A stretch of DNA of 64,000 bases, from assembly GCA_963704725.1 (NCBI GenBank), contig OY969934.1:160001-224000 (forward strand). The letters run 5' to 3'. The stretch comes from an uncultured Actinomycetes bacterium. Its GTDB lineage: Bacteria > Actinomycetota > UBA4738 > HRBIN12. A program made the translations under genes and the position numbers. Shown here one piece after another: positions 1-10,057 of this stretch. The notes under the pieces are model-generated. The model was given only the letters and a program-made list of their open reading frames with translations, ran no database searches and was not told where the DNA came from. The first letter of the stretch is position 1. The number at the start of each line of letters is the position of its first letter.

Positions 1-477
1 CTGCCGGGTCGGCCGGGCGTGGCCCGCGTCATCGGCGAGGCGCTCGACGCCGGCTGGGACCTCGCGGTGGCCTCGACCTCGGCGGAGGCGTCGGTACGCG
101 CAGTGCTCGACCACGTGGTCGGGCCGGCGCAGGCCGCCCGCTTCGCGCTGGTGCTCGCCGGCGACGTGGTCGAGAAGAAGAAGCCGGCCCCGGACATCTA
201 CCTCCTCGCCGTCGAGCGCCTCGGCGCCGACCCGGCGAACACGCTGGTGGTCGAGGACTCGCGCAACGGGTTGCTGGCGGCTGCCGGCGCCGGCCTCACC
301 TGCCTGGTCACCGTCAACGGCTACACCGAGGACGAGGACTTCTCCGAGGCCGCCCTGGTCGTGACCTCGCTCGGCGACCCCGACGAGCCGGCGAAGGTGC
401 TCGCCAACCGGAGCGCCGCCCATCCCGGCGACCGACTGGGCCTGGACGACCTCATCGCGTGCCTCGGCGCGCGCTGA
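1..477 (+). CDS. HAD-IA (CbbY-like) hydrolase, 5'-partial
   Basis: Frame is open from base 1; HAD motifs ASTS, KKKPAPDIY and VVEDSRNG. Confidence 0.85.
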   Translation: MPGRPGVARVIGEALDAGWDLAVASTSAEASVRAVLDHVVGPAQAARFALVLAGDVVEKKKPAPDIYLLAVERLGADPANTLVVEDSRNGLLAAAGAGLTCLVTVNGYTEDEDFSEAALVVTSLGDPDEPAKVLANRSAAHPGDRLGLDDLIACLGAR

Positions 478-507
478 CCCTGCAGAACGACGAAGAAGGA
501 GGTGCGG

Positions 508-1149
508 ATGGGGGGATCGAGCTTTGAGAATGTCGAGCTCGTCGTGCGCACGATCGCGGACACGGCCGTCGAGAACGAGAAGTACTTCGGCGACCTCGAC
601 GCGGTCGTCGGGGACGGCGACTTCGGGTACTCGATGGCTCGCGGCTTCGAGATCGTGGTCGCGGACTGGGGCAACTTCGACCGGGCGGACATCGGCACCT
701 TCCTGAAGAAGATCGCCGTGGTGATCACGGGCCGGATCGGCGGGAGCTCGGGCCCCATCTGGGGGACGGCATTCCTGCGGGCCGGGGCCGTTTCGGCCGG
801 CAAGACGGAGCTCACGGTCGACGAGGTGATCGCGATGCTCCGGGCGGCGATCGATGGCATCAAGCAGCGCGGCCAGTCGGATCTTGGCGACAAGACGCTG
901 CTCGACGCCCTCGTCCCGGCCGTCGACGTGCTCGAGGAGTCGCTTCGCGGGGGGGAAGGAGCGCGCGCCGCGATCGCGAAGGCGGCGGCCAAGGCCCGCG
1001 AGCAGGCCGAAGTCACGAAGGATCTGGTGGCCAGGAAGGGCCGCGCCGCATACACGGGCGAACGCAGCATCGGGACGCTCGACGCCGGAGCGGTCGCGGT
1101 CGCGGTCATGTTGGAGCGGCTCGCCGAGGTCTGGCCCGGCGAGGGCTGA
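508..1149 (+). CDS. dhaL: dihydroxyacetone kinase subunit L
   Basis: Motifs LDAVVGDGDFG, GGSSGP, GDKTLLDAL, KGRAAY; AAGGAGG SD upstream of ATG 508. Confidence 0.93.
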   Translation: MGGSSFENVELVVRTIADTAVENEKYFGDLDAVVGDGDFGYSMARGFEIVVADWGNFDRADIGTFLKKIAVVITGRIGGSSGPIWGTAFLRAGAVSAGKTELTVDEVIAMLRAAIDGIKQRGQSDLGDKTLLDALVPAVDVLEESLRGGEGARAAIAKAAAKAREQAEVTKDLVARKGRAAYTGERSIGTLDAGAVAVAVMLERLAEVWPGEG

Positions 1150-1169
1150 GCGAGAGAAGGGGGAACGAC

Positions 1170-2165
1170 GTGAAGAAGTTCGTGAACGACCCGAAGCAGT
1201 TCGTGCCCGAGATGCTGAAGGGCATCGCGCTCGCGAACCCCGGGATGGTCAAGTACGTGCCCGAGTACAACCTCATCATGCGGACGGACGCGCCGAGCGA
1301 CGACAAGGTGTCGATCGTCCAGGGCTCCGGATCCGGCCACGAGCCCGCGCACGTCATGATCGTCGGCAAAGGGATGCTCGACGCCGCCTGTCCCGGCGAC
1401 GTGTTCGCCGCGCCGCCGATGGACTACGTCCTGGAGACGACCAAGCTCCTGAACTCCGCCAAGGGCGTGCTGCACCTCATCAACAACTACAGCGGCGACC
1501 GCATGGCCTTCGACATGGGCCGCGAGATGGCCGAGGCCGAGGGCGTCCGGATCGGCACCGTCATCGTGGACGACGACGTGGCCGTCAAGGACTCGACGTA
1601 CACGGTCGGACGTCGCGGCGTCGCCGGGAACTTCTTCGTGATCAAGGCGGTCGGCGCGGCCTCGGAGAAGGGTGCCGAGCTGGACGACCTCATCAAGCTG
1701 GGGGAGCGGGTCAACTCGGTCACCCGGACGATGGGGATGGCACTCACGTCGTGCACGCCGCCGGCGAAGGGTTCGCCGCTGTTCGAGCTCGGCGAGGACG
1801 AGATGGAGATGGGCGTGGGGATCCACGGCGAGCCGGGACGGCGCCGCGAGAAGCTCGCCGACGCGAACGCCATCGTCGACGAGCTCGTCGAGGCCACCGC
1901 GTCGGATCTGCCTTTCAACCGGGGCGACAACATCGCGCTGATGATCAACGGGCTCGGCGGGACGCCGATCAGCGAGCTGTACCTGCTGTTCGGGCGGGCG
2001 CACGACCAGCTGACGGGCCGCGGGATCAACGTCGCCAAGAGCTACGTGGGCGAGTACTGCACCTCGCTCGACATGGCCGGGTGCTCGGTGACGCTCGTCA
2101 AGCTCGACGACGAGCTGGTCTCGCTGCTCGAGGCGCCTGCGGAGATCCCCAACCGCGTCTTCTAG
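1170..2165 (+). CDS. dhaK: dihydroxyacetone kinase subunit K
   Basis: MKKFVN start; GSGSGHEPAH, NYSGD, GRRGVAG and GIHGEPG motifs. Confidence 0.95.
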   Translation: MKKFVNDPKQFVPEMLKGIALANPGMVKYVPEYNLIMRTDAPSDDKVSIVQGSGSGHEPAHVMIVGKGMLDAACPGDVFAAPPMDYVLETTKLLNSAKGVLHLINNYSGDRMAFDMGREMAEAEGVRIGTVIVDDDVAVKDSTYTVGRRGVAGNFFVIKAVGAASEKGAELDDLIKLGERVNSVTRTMGMALTSCTPPAKGSPLFELGEDEMEMGVGIHGEPGRRREKLADANAIVDELVEATASDLPFNRGDNIALMINGLGGTPISELYLLFGRAHDQLTGRGINVAKSYVGEYCTSLDMAGCSVTLVKLDDELVSLLEAPAEIPNRVF

Positions 2166-2253
2166 TTGCTGTAGCCCGGCCAAGGGGTTGTGCGAGCGAG
2201 AAAGGCTCCGCTAGGTTCCTGGGCACGTCTCGTCGCGCCGAGGGAGGTGCCCC

Positions 2254-5046
2254 ATGGGAGGGATCGGCCGGGCTCGTTGGGTCACGCTGGGGGTCGCGCT
2301 GCTGCTCGCGGTGGGCCTGGTGCCCACCGCGAGCAGGCCCGGGACCGCCCAGGCCGATCCAGCAGATGCCGCGCTGGCGAGCCCCAGCGTGCGCAACCCG
2401 GTGGACGAGGTCTACTACTTCGTCCTGCCGGACCGGTTCTCCAACGGCGATCAGGGCAACGACACCGGTGAGCTTCCCGGCGGTCCGCTCCAGACCGGCT
2501 TCGATCCCACGAACCGGGGCTTCTTCCACGGCGGCGACCTGGCCGGGCTGACCCAGAAGCTCGACTACCTGCAGGGGCTCGGCGTCACAGCCATCTGGAT
2601 GGGGCCGGTCTTCAAGAACCGGCCGGTGCAGGGGCTCGGCACCCCGTTCGTGTCCGCGGGGTACCACGGGTACTGGACGACGGACTTCACCCGCGTCGAC
2701 CCGCACTTCGGCACGAACGGGGAGCTGCAGAACCTCCTCGACACGGCGCACGGGGACGGCCTGAAGCTCTTCTTCGACATCATCACCAACCACACCGCCG
2801 ACGTCATCGACTACCAGGAGCACGTGTACGACTACATCCCCAAGGCCGACGCCCCGTACCTGGATGCGAACGGCGTGCCCTTCGACGACCGGGACTACGC
2901 CGGCACCAACGACTTCCCGGCCCTCGACCCCGAGGTGAGCTTCCCCTACACCCCGGTGTTCAACTCGAACGCCGATCGCCACGTGAAGCGGCCGAAGTGG
3001 CTGAACGACGTCACGCTGTACCACAACCGCGGGAACACGACGTTCTCCGGCGAGAACTCGGTGTACGGCGACTTCTTCGGTCTCGACGACCTGTTCACGG
3101 AGCAGCCCCGGGTGGTGCGGGGCATGACCCAGATCTTCGGCCGGTGGGTGCGGTTCGGCGTCGACGGCTTCCGCGTGGACACCACCAAGCACGTCAACCT
3201 CGAGTTCTGGCAGCAGTGGGCGCCGGCGATGCTGGCCCAGGCCCACAAGATCCACAACGACGACTTCTTCATGTTCGGCGAGGTGTTCGACCCCAACCCG
3301 AACTTCCCCTCGATCTTCTCGACGGACGGCGACCTGCCGGCCGTCCTGGACTTCGGGTTCCAGAACCGGGCGCAGCGCTTCGCGGCCGAGTCGGCCCCTA
3401 CCGACCAACTCCAGCAGTTCTTCGCCTCCGACGACTGGTACACGGACGCGGACTCGAACGTGTACGCGCTCCCGACCTTCCTGGGCAACCACGACATGGG
3501 CCGGATCGGGATGTTCGTGAGCGACGCGAACCCCGGAGCGAGCGACGACGAGCTCCTGGCCCGGGACCTACTCGCGCACGAGCTCATGTTCTTCTCCCGC
3601 GGCGAGCCGGTCATCTACTCGGGTGACGAGCAGGGCTTCACCGGCGCCGGCGGCGACCAGCTGGCCCGCCAGGACATGTTCCCCAGCCTGACCGAGGAGT
3701 ACTGGGACGACGACCAGCTCGGGACCGACGCCAGCCCCCAGGACGACAACTTCGATCCCGATCACCCCATCTACCAGCAGGTGTCCGAGCTCGCCGCGCT
3801 GCTCCAGGAGAACGAGGCGCTGCGGACCGGGGCCCAGATCCACCGGTACGCGACCGATCAGGCCGGCATCTACGCGTTCAGCCGGGTGGGGCGCGACGAG
3901 CGGGTCGAGTACCTCGTCGCAGCGAACAACGCCGAGACCGAGCAGACCGCAACCTTCGCGGCGCTCACCCCGGATGCCGGGTTCTCGGCGGTGTGGCCCT
4001 CGGGGGCGCCGGGGTTCACCTCGGGCTCCGACGGCACCGTGACGATCACCGTGCCGCCGCTGAGCGCCGTGGTGTGGAAGGCCGACGGGCCGATCCCCGA
4101 CAGCGACTCCGCGCCGGCGATCACCCTGGGCGAGCCCCAGCCGTTCTTCCTGGACAAGGACGGGCACCATCGTGAGGGGCTGTGGCTCACCGCCGATCTC
4201 GACCGCGACCTGTACGCCGAGGTCACGTTCGCCGTCTCGGTCGACGGCGGCGAGTTCGCGCCGATCGGGACCGACGACAACGCCCCGTACCAGGTCTTCT
4301 ATTCCACCGAGGGCCTGGCCGAGGGAACGCCGCTGCAGATCAAGGCCGTCGTGAACGACCTGAACGGCCACTTCGCCTCGGCCGACCTGGCGAGCGAGGT
4401 CCCGCCGCCGCCGCCCCCGCCCGACCCCGGCGCCGACGAGCCCGACTCCGTGGTGGTGCCCGGAAGCCTGCAGTCCGAGCTCGGATGCGCATCCGACTGG
4501 GATCCAGCGTGCGCGAACACGGCCCTCACCTACGACGCGAACGGCGACATCTGGACCGGCACCTTCGACGTCCCGGCGGGGGACTGGGAGTACAAGGTCG
4601 CGCTGAACGGCTCGTGGACGGAGAACTATGGCGCGGGCGGCGTGCGCGACGGCGCGAACATCGCCCTGTCGCTCTCGGCCCCGACGACGGTGACGTTCTG
4701 GTACAAGACCGACACCCACTTCATCACCGACGACGTGAACTCGGAGATCGTGACGGCGCCCGGGAGCTACCAATCCGAGATCGGTTGCTCGTCCGACTGG
4801 GATCCCGCCTGCATGATGTCCTGGCTCCAGGACCTCAACGACGACGGGGTCTACACGTTCACGACGAACCGGATCCCCGCCGGCAGCTACGAGGTGAAGG
4901 TGGCCCATGACCGGTCGTGGACCGAGAACTACGGCGCCGGAGGCGTACCGAACGGGGCGAACATCCCGTTCGATGTCGCCGAGGGCGAGACGGTGTCCTT
5001 CCGGTACGACATCGTGACGCATCTGCTGACGATCTCGTCGGCCTGA
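2254..5046 (+). CDS. secreted GH13 alpha-amylase/amylopullulanase with C-terminal X25-type repeats
   Basis: Signal peptide; DRFSNGD, YHGYW, DIITNH, DGFRVDT, FGEV, FLGNHD; two C-terminal PGSxQSExGCxxDWDPAC repeats. Confidence 0.92.
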   Translation: MGGIGRARWVTLGVALLLAVGLVPTASRPGTAQADPADAALASPSVRNPVDEVYYFVLPDRFSNGDQGNDTGELPGGPLQTGFDPTNRGFFHGGDLAGLTQKLDYLQGLGVTAIWMGPVFKNRPVQGLGTPFVSAGYHGYWTTDFTRVDPHFGTNGELQNLLDTAHGDGLKLFFDIITNHTADVIDYQEHVYDYIPKADAPYLDANGVPFDDRDYAGTNDFPALDPEVSFPYTPVFNSNADRHVKRPKWLNDVTLYHNRGNTTFSGENSVYGDFFGLDDLFTEQPRVVRGMTQIFGRWVRFGVDGFRVDTTKHVNLEFWQQWAPAMLAQAHKIHNDDFFMFGEVFDPNPNFPSIFSTDGDLPAVLDFGFQNRAQRFAAESAPTDQLQQFFASDDWYTDADSNVYALPTFLGNHDMGRIGMFVSDANPGASDDELLARDLLAHELMFFSRGEPVIYSGDEQGFTGAGGDQLARQDMFPSLTEEYWDDDQLGTDASPQDDNFDPDHPIYQQVSELAALLQENEALRTGAQIHRYATDQAGIYAFSRVGRDERVEYLVAANNAETEQTATFAALTPDAGFSAVWPSGAPGFTSGSDGTVTITVPPLSAVVWKADGPIPDSDSAPAITLGEPQPFFLDKDGHHREGLWLTADLDRDLYAEVTFAVSVDGGEFAPIGTDDNAPYQVFYSTEGLAEGTPLQIKAVVNDLNGHFASADLASEVPPPPPPPDPGADEPDSVVVPGSLQSELGCASDWDPACANTALTYDANGDIWTGTFDVPAGDWEYKVALNGSWTENYGAGGVRDGANIALSLSAPTTVTFWYKTDTHFITDDVNSEIVTAPGSYQSEIGCSSDWDPACMMSWLQDLNDDGVYTFTTNRIPAGSYEVKVAHDRSWTENYGAGGVPNGANIPFDVAEGETVSFRYDIVTHLLTISSA

Positions 5047-5057
5047 GCCGAGACGGG

Positions 5058-5086
5058 CGTCCGCCGCTCCGACGGCGCGGCGGACG
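5058..5086 (+). terminator. GC-rich hairpin after the amylase gene
   Basis: CGTCCGCCGC-N9-GCGGCGGACG perfect 10-bp stem, no U-tract. Confidence 0.5.
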
Positions 5087-5193
5087 TCAGCGCTTCCCCC
5101 GCCTTGCCCGGCAGGGGTCTCGTCGCGGACGTGCGTTGCTCGCGGGCAGGGGTGGGGCGTATCGTCGGTCAACTCGGACCGAAGGGGGCGGAC

Positions 5194-5865
5194 GTGGGCT
5201 CGTACGAGGACGCCGTCGACGTGCTCGACCGGGAGCTGCAGCGGGTGCTCGGCGTGTTCGAGAGCGTCTCATCCGAGGAGTGGTCCAGGCCAACGATGCT
5301 CCAGCCGCTCGATCCGGCCCTGCCGCACTGGACCGTGTTCGAGCTCGCCGGGCACTTCGACATCTCGATCGGACTCACGTGGATGCTCTCGGAGGAGCCC
5401 AAGCAGGGGCAGGTGGGCCGCGACCGGGTGAGCTTCTTCATCTTCCCTCGGTCGGACGTGGCGCCGGTCGTCTACGACTACGCGTTCACGATGGTGGAGG
5501 GGAAGAAGCCGGTCGATATGCCGGCCGTCCTTCGTGAGACCTTCAAACGGTCGGTCGACGGAGCGCGCGCGAACCCGCCGACGCTGGTGGGATCCGGCTA
5601 CTACGCGCTGATGGAGCTCGGCGAGTTCGTGCCGAGCCGCATCGTCGAGGCCGTCGTCCACGGGTTCGATCTGACCGATGCCCTGGGCCGCGAGACGGTC
5701 GCCAGCCCCGAGGCCGTCGCGATCACGGCCGGCATCCTGGACGACCTCCTGGCGCGGCGAACGGTGGCGGGGCGCCCCGCGGATCTCGCGGACGACCTCG
5801 CCTGGGTCCGGGCGGCGTCGGGACGAGCCCCCCACGACGATCCGCGCCTGCCCCTGATCGGTTGA
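5194..5865 (+). CDS. mycothiol-dependent maleylpyruvate isomerase (MDMPI/DinB-like) family protein
   Basis: WSRPT...WTVFELAGH, EAVVHGFDL and C-terminal ASGR...LPLI; GTG 5194 follows AAGGGGG. Confidence 0.8.
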   Translation: MGSYEDAVDVLDRELQRVLGVFESVSSEEWSRPTMLQPLDPALPHWTVFELAGHFDISIGLTWMLSEEPKQGQVGRDRVSFFIFPRSDVAPVVYDYAFTMVEGKKPVDMPAVLRETFKRSVDGARANPPTLVGSGYYALMELGEFVPSRIVEAVVHGFDLTDALGRETVASPEAVAITAGILDDLLARRTVAGRPADLADDLAWVRAASGRAPHDDPRLPLIG

Positions 5866-5940
5866 GCGCCGGGCCCGGCTCATCCCGTCCTAGACTGGCA
5901 GCGAGGGGTGCGGTGGCCACGGCCGCGCGGCATCACGCTC

Positions 5941-6013
5941 GGGGACGTAGCTCAGTCGGTAGAGCACCTGCTTTGCAAGCAGGGGGTCGGCGGTTCGAGT
6001 CCGCTCGTCTCCA
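5941..6013 (+). tRNA. tRNA-Ala(UGC)
   Basis: Cloverleaf with GGGGACG/CGTCTCC acceptor (G3:U70), CCTGC-TTTGCAA-GCAGG anticodon arm, TTCGAGT T-loop; CCA not encoded. Confidence 0.96.
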
Positions 6014-6084
6014 CGAACGACACGTACGTGTGAACCAGGCACCGGAGCGCGGACGTCCTCGCGTCTGCGCGCATGACCTCGAAA

Positions 6085-6414
6085 TCAGACTTCGCAGCCG
6101 ACCGCGATCTCGAGCGCTTCGCAGACCTGCCGCATCCGCTCGTCGCTGAGACGGCCGAGGCGCTCAACAAGTGTTCCGACCGACACGCTCTCGATGGAGT
6201 CGAGGTTGATGACCGAAGTCTGCGGGATCGGGTCCTCGCCGGGCTCGAGCATCACCTCGCTCGCGATACCACGGACGGTGGTCGTGCACGGTCCGATGAG
6301 TGCTCGTCGCAGCCGCGGGATCGCCGCGTCGCGCGACAGCACGAGGACCGGCCGGCGCCCCACCTCGGCGAGCTCACACCACCAGACCTCTCCCCGAGCA
6401 GGAAGGGCGGTCAT
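6085..6414 (-). CDS. mazF: MazF/PemK endoribonuclease toxin (MazF5-like)
   Basis: [14 protein letters not shown]...[10 protein letters not shown]...PCTTT; resembles M. tuberculosis MazF5 as recalled; ATGA overlap with the antitoxin. Confidence 0.93.
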   Translation of the reverse strand: MTALPARGEVWWCELAEVGRRPVLVLSRDAAIPRLRRALIGPCTTTVRGIASEVMLEPGEDPIPQTSVINLDSIESVSVGTLVERLGRLSDERMRQVCEALEIAVGCEV

Positions 6415-6647
6415 GACGCGCCGGCGGCCCTTCGGAACGAGGCGAGATCTCCCCACTGGTCGCTCGCGTCCAGTGGGATGCGGTCGTACGCCGCATAGGC
6501 GGCGTCGATCTCGACGGCGCGGTTCCGGGCCAAGAGAGAAGCGAGCGCCTCATCGAGGAGCGCCGAATCCGCCAGCTCCGATCGAGCCCGGCGGGCTTCG
6601 GCGAGGAGCTGCTCATCGACCGTCGTGCTGACCCTCACCCGCGCCAT
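6411..6647 (-). CDS. mazE: RHH-type antitoxin (MazE5-like)
   Basis: [11 protein letters not shown]...DEALASLL...[12 protein letters not shown]; embedded in the track ORF 6411..7874. Confidence 0.88.
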   Translation of the reverse strand: MARVRVSTTVDEQLLAEARRARSELADSALLDEALASLLARNRAVEIDAAYAAYDRIPLDASDQWGDLASFRRAAGAS

Positions 6648-6653
6648 GCCACT

Positions 6654-6662
6654 CTTATACCA
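6654..6662 (-). promoter_or_regulatory. extended -10 promoter for a leaderless mazEF mRNA
   Basis: TGGTATAAG (TGn-TATAAG) 6 nt upstream of ATG 6647; no SD. Confidence 0.6.
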
Positions 6663-6880
6663 CATGCATGCCACTGAACGTCGGATCCAACAGGGTCGGG
6701 CAACGACGGGGAGTCGTGCGAGTCCGTTGTTTCGAGCAAATGGCCGGGCGTCTGCGAAGCCGGACGCGCGACTCGACCGACCGGGAGCGACACTGTCTCG
6801 GCAGTGATCAAGCCACCGCGGTTCGTGCACCGTTCGATCAAGACCGCGTTCGCGGCTCAGAGACCCCTTCGCTGGCGGCG

Positions 6881-6917
6881 AGCAGGGGGTCGGCGCTTCG
6901 AGTCCGCCCGTTTCCAC
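6881..6917 (+). repeat. attR-like copy of the tRNA-Ala 3' half
   Basis: AGCAGGGGGTCGGCGCTTCGAGTCCGCCCGTTTCCAC, 34/37 identical to 5978-6014. Confidence 0.85.
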
Positions 6918-6940
6918 CGAGCTCGTCGTTTCTCCTTCCC

Positions 6941-8134
6941 TCAGCCGACGGGCACCGGCATCCGCTCGCCGATGAACGCCTCGAGGCTGGCAAAGCCCTT
7001 GGAGAAGGTCTGCACCGTGTCCAGGGTCGCGGGGTGATCGTTGAACTGCTCGAGCTCGAGCCCGTTGGGATCGAACGCCTGGACGCAGTAGGGGATCTGT
7101 TCCAGCTTGCGCAGCACGTCCCCCGGGACGGATTCGTCGATCCGCGGTCGGAACTCCAGCTCGTCGCCGAGCGCGAACAGCGGCTCCAGGACGTACGGCG
7201 GGCAGGTGTAGACGATGTCGCCACCCGCGATCAGCTCGACGTCCCAGAAGCGGCGCTTGCCGGCCACGAGCGGCCCGTCGCGTAGCGAGCAGGCGAGCAT
7301 CTTGCTCGCGTACCCGCCCTCGGACAGCATCCGGTACGCCCGGCGGAAGACCGCGATGCCGAACCAGTGCCGGTCCTGCCAGGTGAGCTGGATCCCGCGT
7401 CGCTCGGCCTGGAGGTCGAGCACCCGATTCTCGGTCAGGCGTCCGATCATCATCGTAATCACCGCCCGCCATCGGCCGAGGTCGACGCCGTCGCGCTGCG
7501 CGAGCGCGATGCCCTCCATGGCGGCCCGCGCCGACGCCAGGATCTGCGGAAGGGTGAAGCAGACCGTCGTGTTCGTCGAGATGCCCCTGGCGGTCAGCCG
7601 CTTCACGACCTCGATGCCCTGCATGCTGGCCGGCACCTTGATCATCACGTTCGGGTTCAGGCTGCTGAGCTCGACCGCGTCCTGGACCATCCGATCCGTC
7701 TCGGTGAGCAGCCGCGGATCGAGCTGGCCGGAGATGAATCCGAACCGGCCGCGGGACGTCTCGAACACGGGGAGGTACATCTCGGCCCCGCGCCGGACGA
7801 CCTCCTTGTACGTCAGCCAGGTGAGCTCGTCCACGTCCGATCGGGGAGTCTCGGCGATCAGCTCGTCGATCCAACGGGTCCAGGACGGCACGTCGGCCTC
7901 AACCGCCTGCCAGGACAGCGGTGGGTTCGTCGTGCATCCGCGGAACAGGCTGCGTCCCGGGTCGACCGAGTCGTAGAGGCGCGCGAACTGCTCCTCCAGG
8001 ACGGGCCGCCGCTCCGGGTCGGCGGCGCCCAGCATCGTGTCCACCCACGTTCGGTAGACCAGGGGGGACGAATCCCACCAGATCTCCAGATCGGGGTGGG
8101 TCTGCGCGAGACGTTCGACGGGGCTCGGGATCAT
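6941..8134 (-). CDS. transaldolase-family protein
   Basis: WWDS, GCTTNPP, SGQLDP, VMIKVPA (Schiff-base Lys), NTTVCF. Confidence 0.85.
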   Translation of the reverse strand: MIPSPVERLAQTHPDLEIWWDSSPLVYRTWVDTMLGAADPERRPVLEEQFARLYDSVDPGRSLFRGCTTNPPLSWQAVEADVPSWTRWIDELIAETPRSDVDELTWLTYKEVVRRGAEMYLPVFETSRGRFGFISGQLDPRLLTETDRMVQDAVELSSLNPNVMIKVPASMQGIEVVKRLTARGISTNTTVCFTLPQILASARAAMEGIALAQRDGVDLGRWRAVITMMIGRLTENRVLDLQAERRGIQLTWQDRHWFGIAVFRRAYRMLSEGGYASKMLACSLRDGPLVAGKRRFWDVELIAGGDIVYTCPPYVLEPLFALGDELEFRPRIDESVPGDVLRKLEQIPYCVQAFDPNGLELEQFNDHPATLDTVQTFSKGFASLEAFIGERMPVPVG

Positions 8135-8305
8135 GGCGCCATCTCCAGACGGCCGGGTATCCGCGAGTTCGGCGCCGTCTCGCGGGCACCCGTGGGACGG
8201 TGCCGAGCGCTGGGACGAGCTTCCGCCCCGGGCGCCGTCCGCCGACAGGGCCGTCCGGCCCGCGCACCCCGGCCAAGCGGCGGGAGCCGACTGCCGCGCG
8301 CGCCG

Positions 8306-8944
8306 TCAGGTCCGCGCGCCGGGTTCGAGGGAATACCCGGCACCGTGGACGTTCAGGATCGTCAGCGGGATCCCGATCGAGCGGAGCCGGTTCCGCAGGC
8401 GATGGATGACCCGGCGGACGTCGTGAGCGGTGACCACCACGCTGCCGGGCCAGATGGTCCGGGCGAGAGCGGCCGAGCCGACCGGCCGGCCGGGGACGGC
8501 GGCGAGCGCGAGCATCGCCGACATCTCCCTGGGCGCCAGGTGCACCGATGTGCGTTCCCAGCCCAGCCGGTGCCGTGGGCCGTCGATCTCGACCCCCCAC
8601 AGGCTGAGGACGGGAGTCTCGGCGGGCGGGCTCGCCCCGCCGTCGCCGGGGATCCGGTTCGTCACGTAATGGTGCGCCGAGACCGAGACGAGGAGCTCCG
8701 CCTCGGCCTCCTCGAGCCGCGGGTGTTCCCAGTCCGGCCCGGCGAAGGCGGCGAGGGCCTCCCTCGTCCTCCAGTGCGTCTCCACCAGGTACTCGTCGGG
8801 CGAGGACTCCCAGGGCAGCCCCAGGGCGCAGTACGTGACGTCGGGATGGTTCCGCAGATGGGGCAGGAGATCGTCGTGCAGCTCACGCAGCAGTGCGTCG
8901 TGTGCGCCGAGCCGGATCACCCCACGGAACACCCGGATGAGCAT
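8306..8944 (-). CDS. ABM-like domain fused to an OmpR-type winged-helix DNA-binding domain
   Basis: N-terminal YLVETHWRTREALAAFAG (ABM-like); C-terminal LAPRE...IWP...VIHRLRNRL...NVHGAGY (Trans_reg_C). Confidence 0.75.
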   Translation of the reverse strand: MLIRVFRGVIRLGAHDALLRELHDDLLPHLRNHPDVTYCALGLPWESSPDEYLVETHWRTREALAAFAGPDWEHPRLEEAEAELLVSVSAHHYVTNRIPGDGGASPPAETPVLSLWGVEIDGPRHRLGWERTSVHLAPREMSAMLALAAVPGRPVGSAALARTIWPGSVVVTAHDVRRVIHRLRNRLRSIGIPLTILNVHGAGYSLEPGART

Positions 8945-8995
8945 CCTCGCACTATCCGGAATCTCCGCGCCGTGCACAAGGGATCCCTCGCGGGC

Positions 8996-9964
8996 TCAGG
9001 CGTACCGGACCCGCGGGTCCAGGAAGGCGTAGACGACGTCGACGACGAGGTTCGCGATCGTGATGAAGAAGGCGGCGATGATGGTGACGTCGAGGATCGC
9101 GTAGAAGTCGCCCGAGAACACGGATCGCACCGCGTACTGGCCGATGCCGGGGATGTTGAACACGGTCTCGGTGATGATGGCGCCTCCCATGAGGGCGCCG
9201 AGATCGAGGCCGAGCATCGTGACGATGGGGGTGAGGCCCGATCGCAGGCCGTGCTTGATCACGACGCGGCCTTCGGACAGGCCCTTGGCTCTCGCCGTCC
9301 GGATGTAATCCTCGCTCAGCTTCTCGATGAGGTTCGCCCTCGACATGCGGGCGTAGTTGGCCGCGAAGGCCAGGGCCAGCACGATCCACGGCATGAGCAT
9401 GTGCAGGAACCACTGGGTGAGGCCGTCCTGCGCCACCGGGGAGAACCCGGTTCCCGGCAGCCAGTGCAGCTTGAACCAGAACAGGTACAGCGCGACCGGG
9501 CCGACGAAGAACACCGGCGCCGACACGCCGAAGAGCGCGAACACCATCGCCAGCCGGTCGAACACGGATCGAGGGCGGAGCGCGGACACGATCCCGATGG
9601 GGATCCCGATCGCCAGCCATACGAACGCCGCGCCCACAGCGAGTTGGGTGGTGACCAGCATGCGGTCGAGGATGATCGACCGGAGCTCCGAGCGGGTGCT
9701 GAACGAGAAGCCCAGACCCGGCCACCCGTACCGATCGCCGGCGACCAGGCGGCCGACGAACAGGCCGTACTGGACGACGAACGGCCTGTCCAGCCCGAAC
9801 TGGTGTCGGACCTGCGCGACCAACTCCTTCGTGGGTTGCTTCCCCGCGAAGTTGACCGCGGGATCGGTCGAGGGCATCACGAAGAAGATGACGTACGTGA
9901 AGAGGGCGACCAGCAACAGGGTCAACAGGACCCACAGGAGCCGCCGGACGACGTACCGGATCAT
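8996..9964 (-). CDS. peptide/nickel ABC transporter permease (DppB/OppB family)
   Basis: MIRYVVRRL, GLDRPFVVQY, EDYIRTARAKGL (EAA loop), ETVFNIPGIG. Confidence 0.93.
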   Translation of the reverse strand: MIRYVVRRLLWVLLTLLLVALFTYVIFFVMPSTDPAVNFAGKQPTKELVAQVRHQFGLDRPFVVQYGLFVGRLVAGDRYGWPGLGFSFSTRSELRSIILDRMLVTTQLAVGAAFVWLAIGIPIGIVSALRPRSVFDRLAMVFALFGVSAPVFFVGPVALYLFWFKLHWLPGTGFSPVAQDGLTQWFLHMLMPWIVLALAFAANYARMSRANLIEKLSEDYIRTARAKGLSEGRVVIKHGLRSGLTPIVTMLGLDLGALMGGAIITETVFNIPGIGQYAVRSVFSGDFYAILDVTIIAAFFITIANLVVDVVYAFLDPRVRYA

Positions 9965-10057
9965 GGCCGCATCAGCGGTTCACGGTAGGCCAGGAGGGGC
10001 GCGAGGAGTGTCCTCGGTCTGTCCCAACTTCGGCGGCGGAGACGTCCGGAGGATGCG

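Larger units (their letters stand above)
5978..6917. mobile_element. minimal tRNA-Ala-integrated islet carrying a mazEF module
   Basis: 37-bp direct repeat of the tRNA 3' half (5978-6014 and 6881-6917, 3 mismatches) flanking a toxin-antitoxin pair; no integrase. Confidence 0.75.

Noticed and set aside
6871-6920. Possible second tRNA gene
   Set aside because: Only the 3' half is present, with no D-arm or 5' acceptor strand; treated as an att-like repeat
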